The notes beneath the pieces were generated by a model that saw only the letters and a list, made by a program, of their open reading frames with translations, had not been told where the DNA came from and did no database searches. This document shows positions 8,359 through 18,685 of a DNA stretch of 64,000 nt, in pieces (the first letter of the stretch is position 1; every line of letters begins with the position of its first letter). The stretch spans positions 1 through 64,000 of IMG/VR virus record IMGVR_UViG_3300030117_007501; one strand, written 5' to 3'. Position numbers and translations under genes: made by a program. The stretch is from a virus.

Positions 8359-10601
8359 TGAAAAACTTTTTATTTTTATTGATGGCAGTATCTCTGCTAG
8401 CATGCGAAGACTCGGCAAAGACGTCAGACAAGGGAAGACTTGGAGATGCCGGCAATACATTCGGAAGCAGCAATAACTCTGATTCTCGACTGAGAATCGA
8501 GGATGCATACATCGAACCAGACATTTACATAAGGCTGATAGATGCCCGCCCGATAGTTGATGCTGTCATCGACGCGGCACCTCCACCTATTGTCTGTGAG
8601 AGGTACGGACTGCGAGAATCGTGTGATCTTCCGGCTTTTCTTGGACCCTGTGCGCAGGGAGAGAGAATTTGCCATTCAACTAGTTGGACTCAATGTACGC
8701 AAGTTAACTTCCCTAGGATGGAGGTGTGCGATGACATCGACAATGATTGTGATGGAAACGTAAATGAATCCCCGCAACAACTTGGTGGTGGCGCACAATC
8801 CCCTATTCTGTTTAGAAGTTGTTACGAGGGCAGACAAGGTTCTTCGAAAAATGGAGTCTGCAGGCCTGGCATTTCTGTTTGCCAGCAGCTCGCGAGGGAG
8901 ACAGACGCAGGAATAGAGTTCTTTTATGGTTATGGTGAGTGTGAAAACCAAGTATTGCCAACAGAGGAAGAGTGCGATAGCTTGGACAACGACTGCGACA
9001 ACAGTACGGACGAAGGGGTGCTAAATATTTGTCAGCAATGCGGCCCAGATCCCGTCGAGGTGTGCGACGGTATTGATAACGATTGTGACGAAGGTGTCGA
9101 TGAAAACTTGTTGAATTCTTGTGGTGAATGTGGAGTCGATCCAATTGAGGAGTGCGACGGCATCGATAATGACTGCGACGGCGCAACTGATGAATTGTTG
9201 CTGAATGCTTGCGGTGCTTGCGGAGATGTCCCTCGGGAGCTTTGTGATTTTGTAGATAACGATTGTGATGGCGCTATTGATGAGGACTTTGAACCAGGCA
9301 GTTGTGACTGTGAACACCCCGATTATGTCCCACAGCCAGAAGTTTGCAATGGGGTAGATGAAGATTGTGATGGGTTTGTTGATGAAGGACCAGGGGGTGG
9401 CCCGTTAACGATGCTTTGCTCTACTGATATACCCACTGGAGAAGTCATTCTTTATGAAAGAAGAGAGGATGGTCCTCAGTACGTTGCCGGAGATTGTAGA
9501 CTGGGTGCAGCGTTCTGCGAATCCAGAAGAGACGAGAACGGCGCACTTGAATATGGTTTTTTTGAGTGCTTGCAGGAAGTTCGCCCCGGTATCGAGCGGT
9601 GCAACGAAGAAGACGATGACTGCGATGGAGATATCGACGAGGACTTCGAACAGGGAATGGTGGCTGTCATGATGGTTATCGATGTCTCTGGTTCGATGCA
9701 GCAAGGTGAGTTGTGGGCAGCGTTCGACGCTACCAGAAATACAGTAGAGCGACTTTTTAATGACGGTGTAGCGGATGTTTGTTATATGCTGGCTGTTGTG
9801 GGCAATGATGATATGTTTGATCCCTACCTATATGCCCCGGCCGACAATTGCGTCCCCGGAGTTGAAGATCCTCCAGTTGTTCCGGTTGAAGATATGCGAG
9901 CTGCAATTGATGGACTTAGAGGTGCGATTAATGCGGGCATAGTTAACAGGGGTGGTGGCACGGAAAACACGCTAGATGCAATCGGCATGTTCCTAACAGA
10001 CGACTTAATCGACTGGGATAACGACGGAAACCCTGATGAGGTGCTGTGGAGCACGAACCGTCCAGACGCTCAATTGAGGGGAATCGAAGACTCTTGGACT
10101 GTAGACTTGAGCAGGTATAATCATCGTATTGTGGTTGTGTTGGGAGATGAGCGAGCCCAGGGAGTGAATTTTGATGCGTTCGCAGTTCAGCACGCAATGT
10201 TTATGGCAGGTGGGATGGTGTTCATCATCGGCCCTGATAATATTTTCGTCAGGCAAAGTTATGATCCTCTCTACGATGCCGGAGGGCAATATAGGAACGC
10301 AAGAGTCGGTGGCCCTCCTGGGCAGAACGAACAGGAAGTTCAGGATGCCGTGGTAGAGGCAATAGAGGAAGCAGCATGTATACAGGGAAGGCAGCAGCGT
10401 GATAATCCTGACGCAGGAGTGGAAGATGCAGGAGTTCAGGACGCAGGCGTTCCAGACGCCGCCCTTCCAAACGATGTAGGCGTTGACGCAGGTGCCGATT
10501 CGGGAATGGCATGTTACGAGCCAAAAAAAAAAGAAACATTCTTATGCGAAGGTTTTTACACGGTGGCTATGAATTGGCATCATATGAGGATGTGCTTCTA
10601 A
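8358..10601 (+). CDS. lipoprotein with MopE-like Cys/Asp repeats, vWA domain and DAG linkers
   Basis: lipobox LLAC; about 7 repeats of ExCDxxDNDCDGxxDE; MIDAS DVSGS; C-terminal PDAGVEDAGVQDAGVPDA. Confidence 0.85.
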   Translation: MKNFLFLLMAVSLLACEDSAKTSDKGRLGDAGNTFGSSNNSDSRLRIEDAYIEPDIYIRLIDARPIVDAVIDAAPPPIVCERYGLRESCDLPAFLGPCAQGERICHSTSWTQCTQVNFPRMEVCDDIDNDCDGNVNESPQQLGGGAQSPILFRSCYEGRQGSSKNGVCRPGISVCQQLARETDAGIEFFYGYGECENQVLPTEEECDSLDNDCDNSTDEGVLNICQQCGPDPVEVCDGIDNDCDEGVDENLLNSCGECGVDPIEECDGIDNDCDGATDELLLNACGACGDVPRELCDFVDNDCDGAIDEDFEPGSCDCEHPDYVPQPEVCNGVDEDCDGFVDEGPGGGPLTMLCSTDIPTGEVILYERREDGPQYVAGDCRLGAAFCESRRDENGALEYGFFECLQEVRPGIERCNEEDDDCDGDIDEDFEQGMVAVMMVIDVSGSMQQGELWAAFDATRNTVERLFNDGVADVCYMLAVVGNDDMFDPYLYAPADNCVPGVEDPPVVPVEDMRAAIDGLRGAINAGIVNRGGGTENTLDAIGMFLTDDLIDWDNDGNPDEVLWSTNRPDAQLRGIEDSWTVDLSRYNHRIVVVLGDERAQGVNFDAFAVQHAMFMAGGMVFIIGPDNIFVRQSYDPLYDAGGQYRNARVGGPPGQNEQEVQDAVVEAIEEAACIQGRQQRDNPDAGVEDAGVQDAGVPDAALPNDVGVDAGADSGMACYEPKKKETFLCEGFYTVAMNWHHMRMCF

Positions 10602-10602
10602 A

Positions 10603-11859
10603 ATGAGAAAGATAATCATACTTTTAACACTTTTTATTGCATGTGAGGATAATGCGGTGCCTACAACGCCTGTGGAGCTTGATAGTAGAGTGAGAGATGT
10701 TTCGGCTCAACCAGTTGATGTGTTTGTTGTGCCTGTTCCATTCATTGATATGCTTGTTAGCAATGTCGATATGGCGTCCCAAGTATGCTCTGAAGAGCTG
10801 TGTGATGCTCTTGATAATGACTGTGACGGAAAGCAGGATGAGGGCACATTTAATTGCAATACGGCATGTGGAGCTGGGGTGGCTCAATGTAGTGGGGGTA
10901 CGCTTGTCGATTGTACTGCGCCACCAGTATTTGAAGAATCATGCAATCTTGTCGACGATGACTGCGACGGAACGGTAGACGAGCTTTTAGTTAGGTTTTG
11001 TTATTCAGGACCCCTCAAAGCTGCTGGCGTCGGAAATTGCTCTGAGGGAGAACAGGTTTGTGAAAATGGCACTTGGGGAAACTTCGAAAATGACGCTTGG
11101 GTGCAAGACTTGTGCTTAGGCGAAGTGCACCCTTCTGCAGAAGTTTGCGATGGATTGGATAATGACTGCGACGGCGTGGTGGATTTCGGGGAAGGCATCC
11201 GTAACACAGATATTCTTTTTATCGTTGATTGGTCGAGTTCGATGGGTGTGCGGGTAAGCGCCACTCTCGAGGCATTGCAGAGGTTCTCAACGGAGTTCGC
11301 AGACGAGCAGGTAATTCAGTGGGGGTTGATAGTGGGCCCAATACCTGTGTTTGACGAGGAGAACCCTAGAGACAGGTATGAGATGTTGAGGTTGGTTTCC
11401 GATATTTCTCCCTTCAATGACTTCCTTAATCGCTTTCTTGAGCTTGAAAGAATCCATACGGGCGGAGTTGAGATGCTTTTAGACGCTGTATATCTATCTC
11501 TGAGAAACGTTAGTCAGGTTCAGGTTCACGATTTAAATCAATCTAGGTGGACTGGTGGTGCCGTATCTTCGCCTCTGTTGTCTGAGTTTTTCGTTAATTG
11601 GAGGAATGGTGCTGATAAGATTATAGTTTTATTTTCAGACGAGCCAGAGAGAACTTATATGAATCCGCCAAACACAATACATGTTGTGGGCCCAGCGCTC
11701 ATGTCAGCTGAGAGGTTAAAGATGCACACTTTTGCACTGGGGTTTTATGGATGGGACGAGTTGGCTATAGCCACTGGGGGAAGAAACTTCGAATTGTCAA
11801 GTGATGCAGACAGTATGTATGACAACCTCATGACTATCGTTTCAGGAGCGTGCCAATGA
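10603..11859 (+). CDS. paralogous lipoprotein with MopE-like repeats and vWA domain
   Basis: lipobox FIAC; 3 ExCxxxDxDCDG repeats; MIDAS DWSSS; FSDE. Confidence 0.85.
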   Translation: MRKIIILLTLFIACEDNAVPTTPVELDSRVRDVSAQPVDVFVVPVPFIDMLVSNVDMASQVCSEELCDALDNDCDGKQDEGTFNCNTACGAGVAQCSGGTLVDCTAPPVFEESCNLVDDDCDGTVDELLVRFCYSGPLKAAGVGNCSEGEQVCENGTWGNFENDAWVQDLCLGEVHPSAEVCDGLDNDCDGVVDFGEGIRNTDILFIVDWSSSMGVRVSATLEALQRFSTEFADEQVIQWGLIVGPIPVFDEENPRDRYEMLRLVSDISPFNDFLNRFLELERIHTGGVEMLLDAVYLSLRNVSQVQVHDLNQSRWTGGAVSSPLLSEFFVNWRNGADKIIVLFSDEPERTYMNPPNTIHVVGPALMSAERLKMHTFALGFYGWDELAIATGGRNFELSSDADSMYDNLMTIVSGACQ

Positions 11860-12644
11860 GAAATCACAAGTATGGTTTTGAAGATATAGTGGTAGGGCAC
11901 AGTCTTACTGCCGTGCGGTATGCGTACGAAAACAACATTCCCCTAATATTGAACTCTAGAAGAAAGCCGTTTCCTTTCGATGAGGTGGAAGAAGTTGAAA
12001 TCCCAGAACTAAAACTTAAGACAACAAACGCCGAGACTGCTTGGTCATTTATAGTGTTAGAGCATGCCATGGCTGGAATGGTTCCTTTTGGTACCTCGAT
12101 AGATAACGTGAGAATCGGAAAAGGTAAGCTGTCAATATCTTTGGGAGGAGCGTTCAGTGTTCATGCTGATTTTAAAAAGTGCTTCTTGTTTGATAACGAA
12201 AATGTCGTCATCGAAGATGACGCAACTCAGGGTGATAGGGAAGAATATAGAGTTTTTGATTGGTTTAATGTTCGGAGCGGAGCTAAGCATGACATTGGAC
12301 TACTGGAGACTTCCGAAAGGTTTGTTAACAAGATTCATTTTTATAAGTCCGAGAGAGTGGACGGAAGTAAAAATGTCAGGGACTGCGTTTCAGAGTCATT
12401 CATGACTAGTGAAGAGTTGAACAGTTTCGATTCCTCTCCAACTGTTGTGAGATTTAAGGTGGAGAAGATGATGAAGGAGAGCGGGATTAGGGGCGCTAAG
12501 TGCGGCACAACTCTTTCCGGAAAGCAGAAGCACCTATCGATAAAGATAGAGCCCACCCGTCGTGAAAAGAGAGCCATAGGCAAGATAAGGTTTGAGGGCA
12601 ACAAATATATAGAAGTTATGAATTCGTCAGAAAGAGGGGCATAG
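11856..12644 (+). CDS. hypothetical protein with degenerate Rossmann-like N-terminus
   Basis: DIVVGHSLTAV; ATGA overlap with upstream gene. Confidence 0.45.
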   Translation: MRNHKYGFEDIVVGHSLTAVRYAYENNIPLILNSRRKPFPFDEVEEVEIPELKLKTTNAETAWSFIVLEHAMAGMVPFGTSIDNVRIGKGKLSISLGGAFSVHADFKKCFLFDNENVVIEDDATQGDREEYRVFDWFNVRSGAKHDIGLLETSERFVNKIHFYKSERVDGSKNVRDCVSESFMTSEELNSFDSSPTVVRFKVEKMMKESGIRGAKCGTTLSGKQKHLSIKIEPTRREKRAIGKIRFEGNKYIEVMNSSERGA

Positions 12645-12976
12645 TGGAAACGTATAATAAGCTTGTAAGGGATAAAGTGCCTGGAATCATAGACAGGGAT
12701 GGAAGATTTTGTAAATTTAAGATATTAGAAGATGATGAAGAGTACCTAGAACACTTAAAGTTTAAATTACTGGAGGAAGCTCAAGAGTTCGTTGATGATC
12801 CTAGTATTGAGGAGCTAGTGGACGTTTACGAGGTAATCGTCGCATTACTAGCTTATTCAAAGGTTTCACTTAGGGACATGTTTGAGTTGGCAGTTAGGAA
12901 GAGAAAGTACGCAGGAGGTTTTACGGCGAGAGTTTTTTTGGAAGAGGTGGACGTTGGAGACGGGAAGCAATCTTAA
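12644..12976 (+). CDS. MazG/HisE-like nucleoside triphosphate pyrophosphohydrolase
   Basis: YNKLVRDKVP, KLLEEAQE, EELVDVYEV, GGF. Confidence 0.85.
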   Translation: METYNKLVRDKVPGIIDRDGRFCKFKILEDDEEYLEHLKFKLLEEAQEFVDDPSIEELVDVYEVIVALLAYSKVSLRDMFELAVRKRKYAGGFTARVFLEEVDVGDGKQS

Positions 12977-13841
12977 AAACAACTTTCATCTTGCCGGCAT
13001 AGTTCCTGTCGCAAACTCTAACGTAGACTACGGATTGCCATGGGATAGTTCCTTGCAGATGATTGGGGAGTCGTATCTGGCAGTCGAAAGATCAGTCGTG
13101 GAGTGTGCATATGCCGGATGCGAAACAATATGGCTTGTCTGCAATGATGATGTTCAGCCTCTGATTAAGAAGAGGCTCGGAGACTACATCGAAGATCCTC
13201 TAAAGCTTAACAAGCACTTCTATGTCAAGTACCCTTCAGAACACAGAAGACAGATACCTATATTTTATACTCCGATTCACCCAAAAGACAGAGAAAGAAG
13301 GGACAGTTATGGATTCAGTGTTTTGCACGGCGCCTTAACTGCGTTCATAGTTTCTGACAAGATTAGTAAGTGGTTGACTCCTAGTAGGTATTTCGTGTCT
13401 TTTCCGTACGGGGTGCACGATCCATCTGTTGTGGCAAAATATAGGAGAGAGATATCTTCGACAAAGCCCTTCTTCTTGTCTTATCAGAACAAGACTGTTA
13501 GAGAAGGTATGCAGTTGCCATTTACGATGAATGCTAAAGAATATAATGAGTACCTTTGGAATATGAAAAACAAATGTACTGGTGGCAACTCATCGCTAGA
13601 TTATAAAAAAAGATGGAGTTCAAAGCATTTTTTACTTGACGAAATCTATAATTGTGCTAGAATAGAAGAATCAAAAGTAGTTGATTTGGATTGGCACTAC
13701 AACATTGAGGCTTGGGACAGTTATGCGGACTATATAGCGTCCGAGGAGTTTCGAAACTTAAAGCACCCTGGGGACAAAATGTTCAAGTATCACGAATATA
13801 GCAAGTTATTATTTAAAGGAGAAGAAAGTGGAAGAGATTAG
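12954..13841 (+). CDS. nucleotidyltransferase (GT-A-like) fold protein, divergent
   Basis: LAGIVPVA, ECAYAGCETIWLV; start taken at TTG 12954 after GAGGTG. Confidence 0.5.
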   Translation: METGSNLKNNFHLAGIVPVANSNVDYGLPWDSSLQMIGESYLAVERSVVECAYAGCETIWLVCNDDVQPLIKKRLGDYIEDPLKLNKHFYVKYPSEHRRQIPIFYTPIHPKDRERRDSYGFSVLHGALTAFIVSDKISKWLTPSRYFVSFPYGVHDPSVVAKYRREISSTKPFFLSYQNKTVREGMQLPFTMNAKEYNEYLWNMKNKCTGGNSSLDYKKRWSSKHFLLDEIYNCARIEESKVVDLDWHYNIEAWDSYADYIASEEFRNLKHPGDKMFKYHEYSKLLFKGEESGRD

Positions 13842-14055
13842 AAACCTATACGATGAAATCCCGTATCATGTGAAAGATTCAGCAGGAATGGCATACACGT
13901 TTGATAGCCTGACTAACGATAAGCAATTCCTATTGCAAGAAATCTATAATATGGCCCGCTCACCTGAGTCCTTTTCTCGCGGAGAAGAACTGATTGAAGA
14001 GTTAACCGCTATTGCAGCTGAACTGGAGAACGTAATTGCCGACATCAGAAACTAG
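13828..14055 (+). CDS. hypothetical protein
   Basis: 75-aa ORF with AGGAG RBS filling the gap before dnaE. Confidence 0.55.
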   Translation: MEEIRNLYDEIPYHVKDSAGMAYTFDSLTNDKQFLLQEIYNMARSPESFSRGEELIEELTAIAAELENVIADIRN

Positions 14056-17000
14056 AATCAAGCCAGAAATCCCTTTTGTTGGGCTTCACGCACATTCGGT
14101 AGCGGGAAGTATTTTTGATGCATTGGGTTACCCCCAAGAGCACATGGATTTTGCGTATGAGAATGGGATGGATGCCCTTGCCCTTACGGATCACGGAAAC
14201 GCCAATGGGTTGGCGTATCAGGTTTTGCATGCCAAAAAGATGCATGCAGAAGGAAAGAACTTTAAGCCTATTTTCGGGTGTGAGGCATATTTTATTCCGT
14301 CTATTGCAAATTGGAAGGAAGAGTATGAAAAGTCCAAGCTTGAAAAGAAGCGAGGCAAGAAGGAAGATCTGCAGAGTGGCACAACTGTTGAGAACGAGGA
14401 GTCCAAGAAGAAGATTAAGTCTATCCTAAATAGGAGAAGGCATTTGATACTCTTGGCTCAAAATCAAGAAGGGCTCAAGAACATCTTCAAGATGATTTCG
14501 ACGTCATACGATTCGGATCATTTTTATCGATATCCTCGCGTCGACTATGCTATGCTAAAGAAGCATAACGAGGGAGTAATCGCGGCATCGGCATGCTTGG
14601 GTGGAGTGTACGCTGGAAACTATTGGGAAAATAGAGAAACCGGTGCAGATGCTGTTCTTGATGCAATGAGAACTACAACGCAAAAGATGCAATCTATTTT
14701 CGGTGATAGGTGGTATGGGGAGCTGCAGTGGAACAACGTGCCAGAGCAGCATGACTTAAACCAGTATATTATTCAGATGCATCATGAGTTCGGAATCCCC
14801 CTCATCTCTACTGCTGACAGTCACTATCCAAACGCAGAAGCCTGGAAAGATAGAGAGCTGTATAAACGACTAGGATGGCTCGGAAAAGGCTCACCAGAGT
14901 GGTTAAGCATGGAGCTTCCTGTGGAGGTTGACGAGATTGGATACGAGCTATACCCCAAAAACGGGGATGAGATGTGGGAAGCCTACAACAAGTACTCCAA
15001 GGAGTGCGGTGTTGAATATGATGACGATTTGGTGCTAAACTCTATTACAGAGTCTTATCGCATCGCGCATGATAGGATTGAAACGTTCCTGCCAGACAAC
15101 ACAGTCAGGTTGCCGGACTTCGTGGTACCAGACGGGCTTAGTGCAACCGACGCGCTGGCAAAGCTTTGCATGGAGGGCGCCCGAACTCTAGGTTTCGGAG
15201 ACGAGCAGGAATATATCGACAGGCTTGACAGGGAAATTGAAGTCATCGATAGTAGAGGGTTCAGCAAGTACTTTCTCACGATGAAGGCTATAGCAGATAG
15301 GGCAACAAAGAGCCAGCTCGTAGGCGCAGGAAGAGGTTCTGCAGCCGGCGCACTGGTATCTTATGCTCTGGGTATTACACAGGTAGATCCAATTAAGTAC
15401 GGGTTACAGTTTGAGAGATTCTTGACAAAGGGGGGTTCGGGTTATCCGGATATCGATTACGATGTGAGTTCTCCGATGGATTTGAAGGAAGAGCTGATTA
15501 CTGAGTGGGGCGATGATACAGTTGTTCCAATTACAAACTGGAACACCCTGCAGTTGCGCTCTCTAATTAAAGATATTTCTAAGTTCTATGAGGTGCCATT
15601 CACTGAGGTTAACAATGTTACGGGCAAGATGCTCTTTGAGGCAACTCCCTTAGCAAAGAAAAAGCACGGCATCACTGCTGGGGTGTATGTTCCCACATTT
15701 GAAGAAGTAATGGAATTTTCGGAAACGCTGAAAAAATTCTTAGTAAAATATCCGAGAATTAAGACTCACGTAGAGTCGCTCTATGGGCAAGTCCGTTCGG
15801 CTAGTCGACACGCAGGAGGTGTTGTTATCGGAGAGAATCTGGACGAGTGGATGCCCATGATTAACAGTGGAGGTGTCCGACAGACACCATGGAGTGAAGG
15901 ACAAAATGTACGACATTTGGAACCAATGGGTTTTATTAAATTTGATATACTGGGACTTGCTTCTCTCAGGATGATAGAGGGGGCTGTACGCCATATCTTG
16001 CAAAGACACGAGGGGATTGAAAATCCCACATTTGAAGACGTGAAGGGATTTTACGAAAAGAATCTGCACCCGGAAGTCATTGACTTGGACGACAAGCAGG
16101 TATGGGACAATATCTTTCACGATGGTAAGTGGGTTGGCATCTTCCAGTTTACTGAAAACGGAGCCCAGTCTTTTTGCAAGAGAGCGACACCAAACAACAT
16201 CATTGAGCTTGCAGCCATCACCTCAATCTATCGCCCCGGCCCTCTCGGTGCTGGCGTAGATAAGAAGTTTATTGCAGCAAAGAACGCTCCCGATGAAGTC
16301 GAATATGCTAATGACATTGTGAGAGAAGTGACTGAAGAGACATTCGGATTTCTTATCTTTCAGGAGCAGATTGCTATGTTGGCTCACCGTCTTGGTAAGG
16401 ACTTATCTCTTGATGAGGGTAACAAGCTTCGCAAACTATTGACAAAGAAGGGTACGGGAGAGGTACAGGAACAGAAGGACAAGATATATTCTAAGTTTCT
16501 GGATGGCTGTTTGGAGAAGGGACTTGAGAAGTGGCAAGCAAAAGAGCTGTGGGACACTTTTGAGTATTTTTCCGGATACGGCTTTAACAAATCTCATGCT
16601 GTGTCATATTGCGTTCTATCCTTTCAGTGCGCCTGGCTCATGAACTACTATCCTGCAGAGTGGATGGCAGCATTTCTTGATAAGGAGCCGGAAACAAGGA
16701 AGGAAAAAGCTATTAATGTGGCTAAGGCACACGGGTTTAGTATCGAGCCACTGAATGTCAATACCTCGGGTTCAGTTTGGGAGATTTCAGAAGATGGAAA
16801 GACTTTGATTCAACCTCTGACATCTATCAAGGGACTGGGCGAGAAAGCAATTGAGCAGATTATTGACAATCGTCCGTTTAATACTGTTGAGGATTTTCTT
16901 TTCAATGAGAACATTGTCTATTCTAAGCTAAACAAGAAAGCGCTAGATGTTCTTTCCCGCTCAGGTGCTCTTAAGCCATTGGTGGACGAAAGATTTGAGG

Positions 17001-17479
17001 GTACCAAGCACTTTTGGAGTGCGGTGGCTGTTGATCGCCCACGAAAGGAAAAGCACCTGCTAGAGAACATTGAGAAGTACGCACCAGAGGGCGACTTCAC
17101 TGAGGAGGAGGAGATTCAATATCTTGTTGACTTAACTGGGGTGTTCCCGTTTAACTTGGTGTTGTCTGATCATATTGTGAGTAGCCTGGAAAAGAACTAC
17201 ATTCCACCTATCTCAGAGTACGATCCTCAGTTGTCTGCTGGTGTTGTGTGGTTCGTGCCACGCGAGGTTATCAAGAAGAAGACGCGCAACGGTAAGGACT
17301 ATTATCTGATTCGCGTCATTGATAGCAACAGCGAGACGAACACTATCAAGTGTTGGGGCGTTCGCCCAGACAAGGACGTGGTTAGGGTTAATCGCCCTTA
17401 TTTGGCAAAGCTTCAATGGGACGCTCAGTGGGGCTTCTCGACAAGAAGCATCGGAAGAACCTTCAGGATGTTGGCGTGA
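14036..17479 (+). CDS. dnaE: DNA polymerase III alpha subunit (family C)
   Basis: PHP domain LHAHS, TDHGN, GCEAY; GRGSAAG; PDIDYD; KFDILGL; YGFNKSHA. Confidence 0.97.
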   Translation: MPTSETRIKPEIPFVGLHAHSVAGSIFDALGYPQEHMDFAYENGMDALALTDHGNANGLAYQVLHAKKMHAEGKNFKPIFGCEAYFIPSIANWKEEYEKSKLEKKRGKKEDLQSGTTVENEESKKKIKSILNRRRHLILLAQNQEGLKNIFKMISTSYDSDHFYRYPRVDYAMLKKHNEGVIAASACLGGVYAGNYWENRETGADAVLDAMRTTTQKMQSIFGDRWYGELQWNNVPEQHDLNQYIIQMHHEFGIPLISTADSHYPNAEAWKDRELYKRLGWLGKGSPEWLSMELPVEVDEIGYELYPKNGDEMWEAYNKYSKECGVEYDDDLVLNSITESYRIAHDRIETFLPDNTVRLPDFVVPDGLSATDALAKLCMEGARTLGFGDEQEYIDRLDREIEVIDSRGFSKYFLTMKAIADRATKSQLVGAGRGSAAGALVSYALGITQVDPIKYGLQFERFLTKGGSGYPDIDYDVSSPMDLKEELITEWGDDTVVPITNWNTLQLRSLIKDISKFYEVPFTEVNNVTGKMLFEATPLAKKKHGITAGVYVPTFEEVMEFSETLKKFLVKYPRIKTHVESLYGQVRSASRHAGGVVIGENLDEWMPMINSGGVRQTPWSEGQNVRHLEPMGFIKFDILGLASLRMIEGAVRHILQRHEGIENPTFEDVKGFYEKNLHPEVIDLDDKQVWDNIFHDGKWVGIFQFTENGAQSFCKRATPNNIIELAAITSIYRPGPLGAGVDKKFIAAKNAPDEVEYANDIVREVTEETFGFLIFQEQIAMLAHRLGKDLSLDEGNKLRKLLTKKGTGEVQEQKDKIYSKFLDGCLEKGLEKWQAKELWDTFEYFSGYGFNKSHAVSYCVLSFQCAWLMNYYPAEWMAAFLDKEPETRKEKAINVAKAHGFSIEPLNVNTSGSVWEISEDGKTLIQPLTSIKGLGEKAIEQIIDNRPFNTVEDFLFNENIVYSKLNKKALDVLSRSGALKPLVDERFEGTKHFWSAVAVDRPRKEKHLLENIEKYAPEGDFTEEEEIQYLVDLTGVFPFNLVLSDHIVSSLEKNYIPPISEYDPQLSAGVVWFVPREVIKKKTRNGKDYYLIRVIDSNSETNTIKCWGVRPDKDVVRVNRPYLAKLQWDAQWGFSTRSIGRTFRMLA

Positions 17480-17495
17480 GAGGGGCACAAGTACA

Positions 17496-18116
17496 ATGGC
17501 TAAATTAACTGGATTACCAGCCAAGTTGATGGCTCAGCGGTATAAAGCTGCCCTAGAGGAGAAAGGCTACGCTTTTTTTGAAAGTGGAGATTTTAACCTA
17601 AACATAGTGGGTGTTAGAAATGACTCAGGTAGTGCAGATAAGTTTGACGACTTTATCGCACTTGTATATAAAGTATCAGGCGACTGGGTTTGTGATATAT
17701 ATAACGCGACAACAGAGCCAGGCACAAGAATACTGCGCAAGCCCATAAACCCTAAAGGAACTGCCATCTTGGTGCCGAACCAATATCGTTCGACATATAA
17801 GATAGACACTCATGGTGCTAAAAGAAGATATACAGCCCTATGTCAGAGGAGTGGCAAAGTTAGTGTCTGGAGAGATGGAAACAAGGATTCAACACCAGAT
17901 TATGTTGGTGTAGAAGACGAAGGTATGTACGGAATCAACATTCATCGCCACTGGGGTTCGGATGAAAGAGAATACACAGATGGTGTTTCTGCGGGGTGTC
18001 AGGTGTTTCAGGACAGTAAGGACTTTTATGAATTCATGGACACTTGCAATCGCGCAGCTGACAGGTGGGGTAATTCTTTTACGTACACTCTCATCAAAGA
18101 GGGTGATTTGGCATGA
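17496..18116 (+). CDS. YkuD/L,D-peptidase-like protein, possible peptidoglycan hydrolase
   Basis: GINIHR...SAGCQV catalytic-type motif; true start likely ATG 17496. Confidence 0.55.
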   Translation: MAKLTGLPAKLMAQRYKAALEEKGYAFFESGDFNLNIVGVRNDSGSADKFDDFIALVYKVSGDWVCDIYNATTEPGTRILRKPINPKGTAILVPNQYRSTYKIDTHGAKRRYTALCQRSGKVSVWRDGNKDSTPDYVGVEDEGMYGINIHRHWGSDEREYTDGVSAGCQVFQDSKDFYEFMDTCNRAADRWGNSFTYTLIKEGDLA

Positions 18117-18685
18117 CTGAGGCGCAAAATACGACAAAGGAATTTCTAATCGAAAGCAAGACACATGGCACTCATAAGGTACTCATAGACGCAGAGGATT
18201 GGGAAAGAGTACGCCAATACAAGTGGAACGTCAACAGAAACGTGAGAAACAAGCATAAAAAAGCCTACTACGTTGTGTCAAATTGCAACAAAGCAGTGTC
18301 GGATATGAAAAGAGGAATAAAGCTACACAGATTTATAACTGGGTGTCCAGATAGCCTGGTAATTGATCACGTAAATGGAGACACCCTAGACAACAGAAAA
18401 GCTAATTTGCGTATCGTCTCAAGGAGAGAAAATAAACAGAATCGAGACATCCTCAGTAGCAACACTAGTGGATTCGTAGGAGTTGTTAAAGTTAAGGGAG
18501 GAAGGTGGCGCGCTCAAATTGGAGTCGGCCGTTCGGAGAATAGGTATATTGGTACATACAATACGAAAGAAGAGGCAGCAGTTGCCCGCGACAAAGAAGT
18601 CGTCCGGACTAGGAAAATTGCAAACCCCGAAAGGCAATTGAATTTTCCGGAAAAACTAAACGAATATTTAAAAGGAGTTGAATAG
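18113..18685 (+). mobile_element. free-standing HNH-AP2 homing endonuclease
   Basis: LHRFI, DHVNGDTLDNRKANLR, NTSGFVGV, WRAQI, IGTY..KEEAA.ARD. Confidence 0.88.

Noticed and set aside
3623-17479. Inteins or introns in nrdJ and dnaE
   Set aside because: Lengths are normal and no splice-junction motifs were seen; the charged insert in the DnaE PHP domain is short.
17319-17495. N-terminal extension of the 17319 ORF overlapping dnaE
   Set aside because: Overlaps the dnaE 3' end; ATG 17496 after GAGGGG is the more plausible start. Similar over-long starts were trimmed for dnaK, clpP, glutaredoxin and several array genes.
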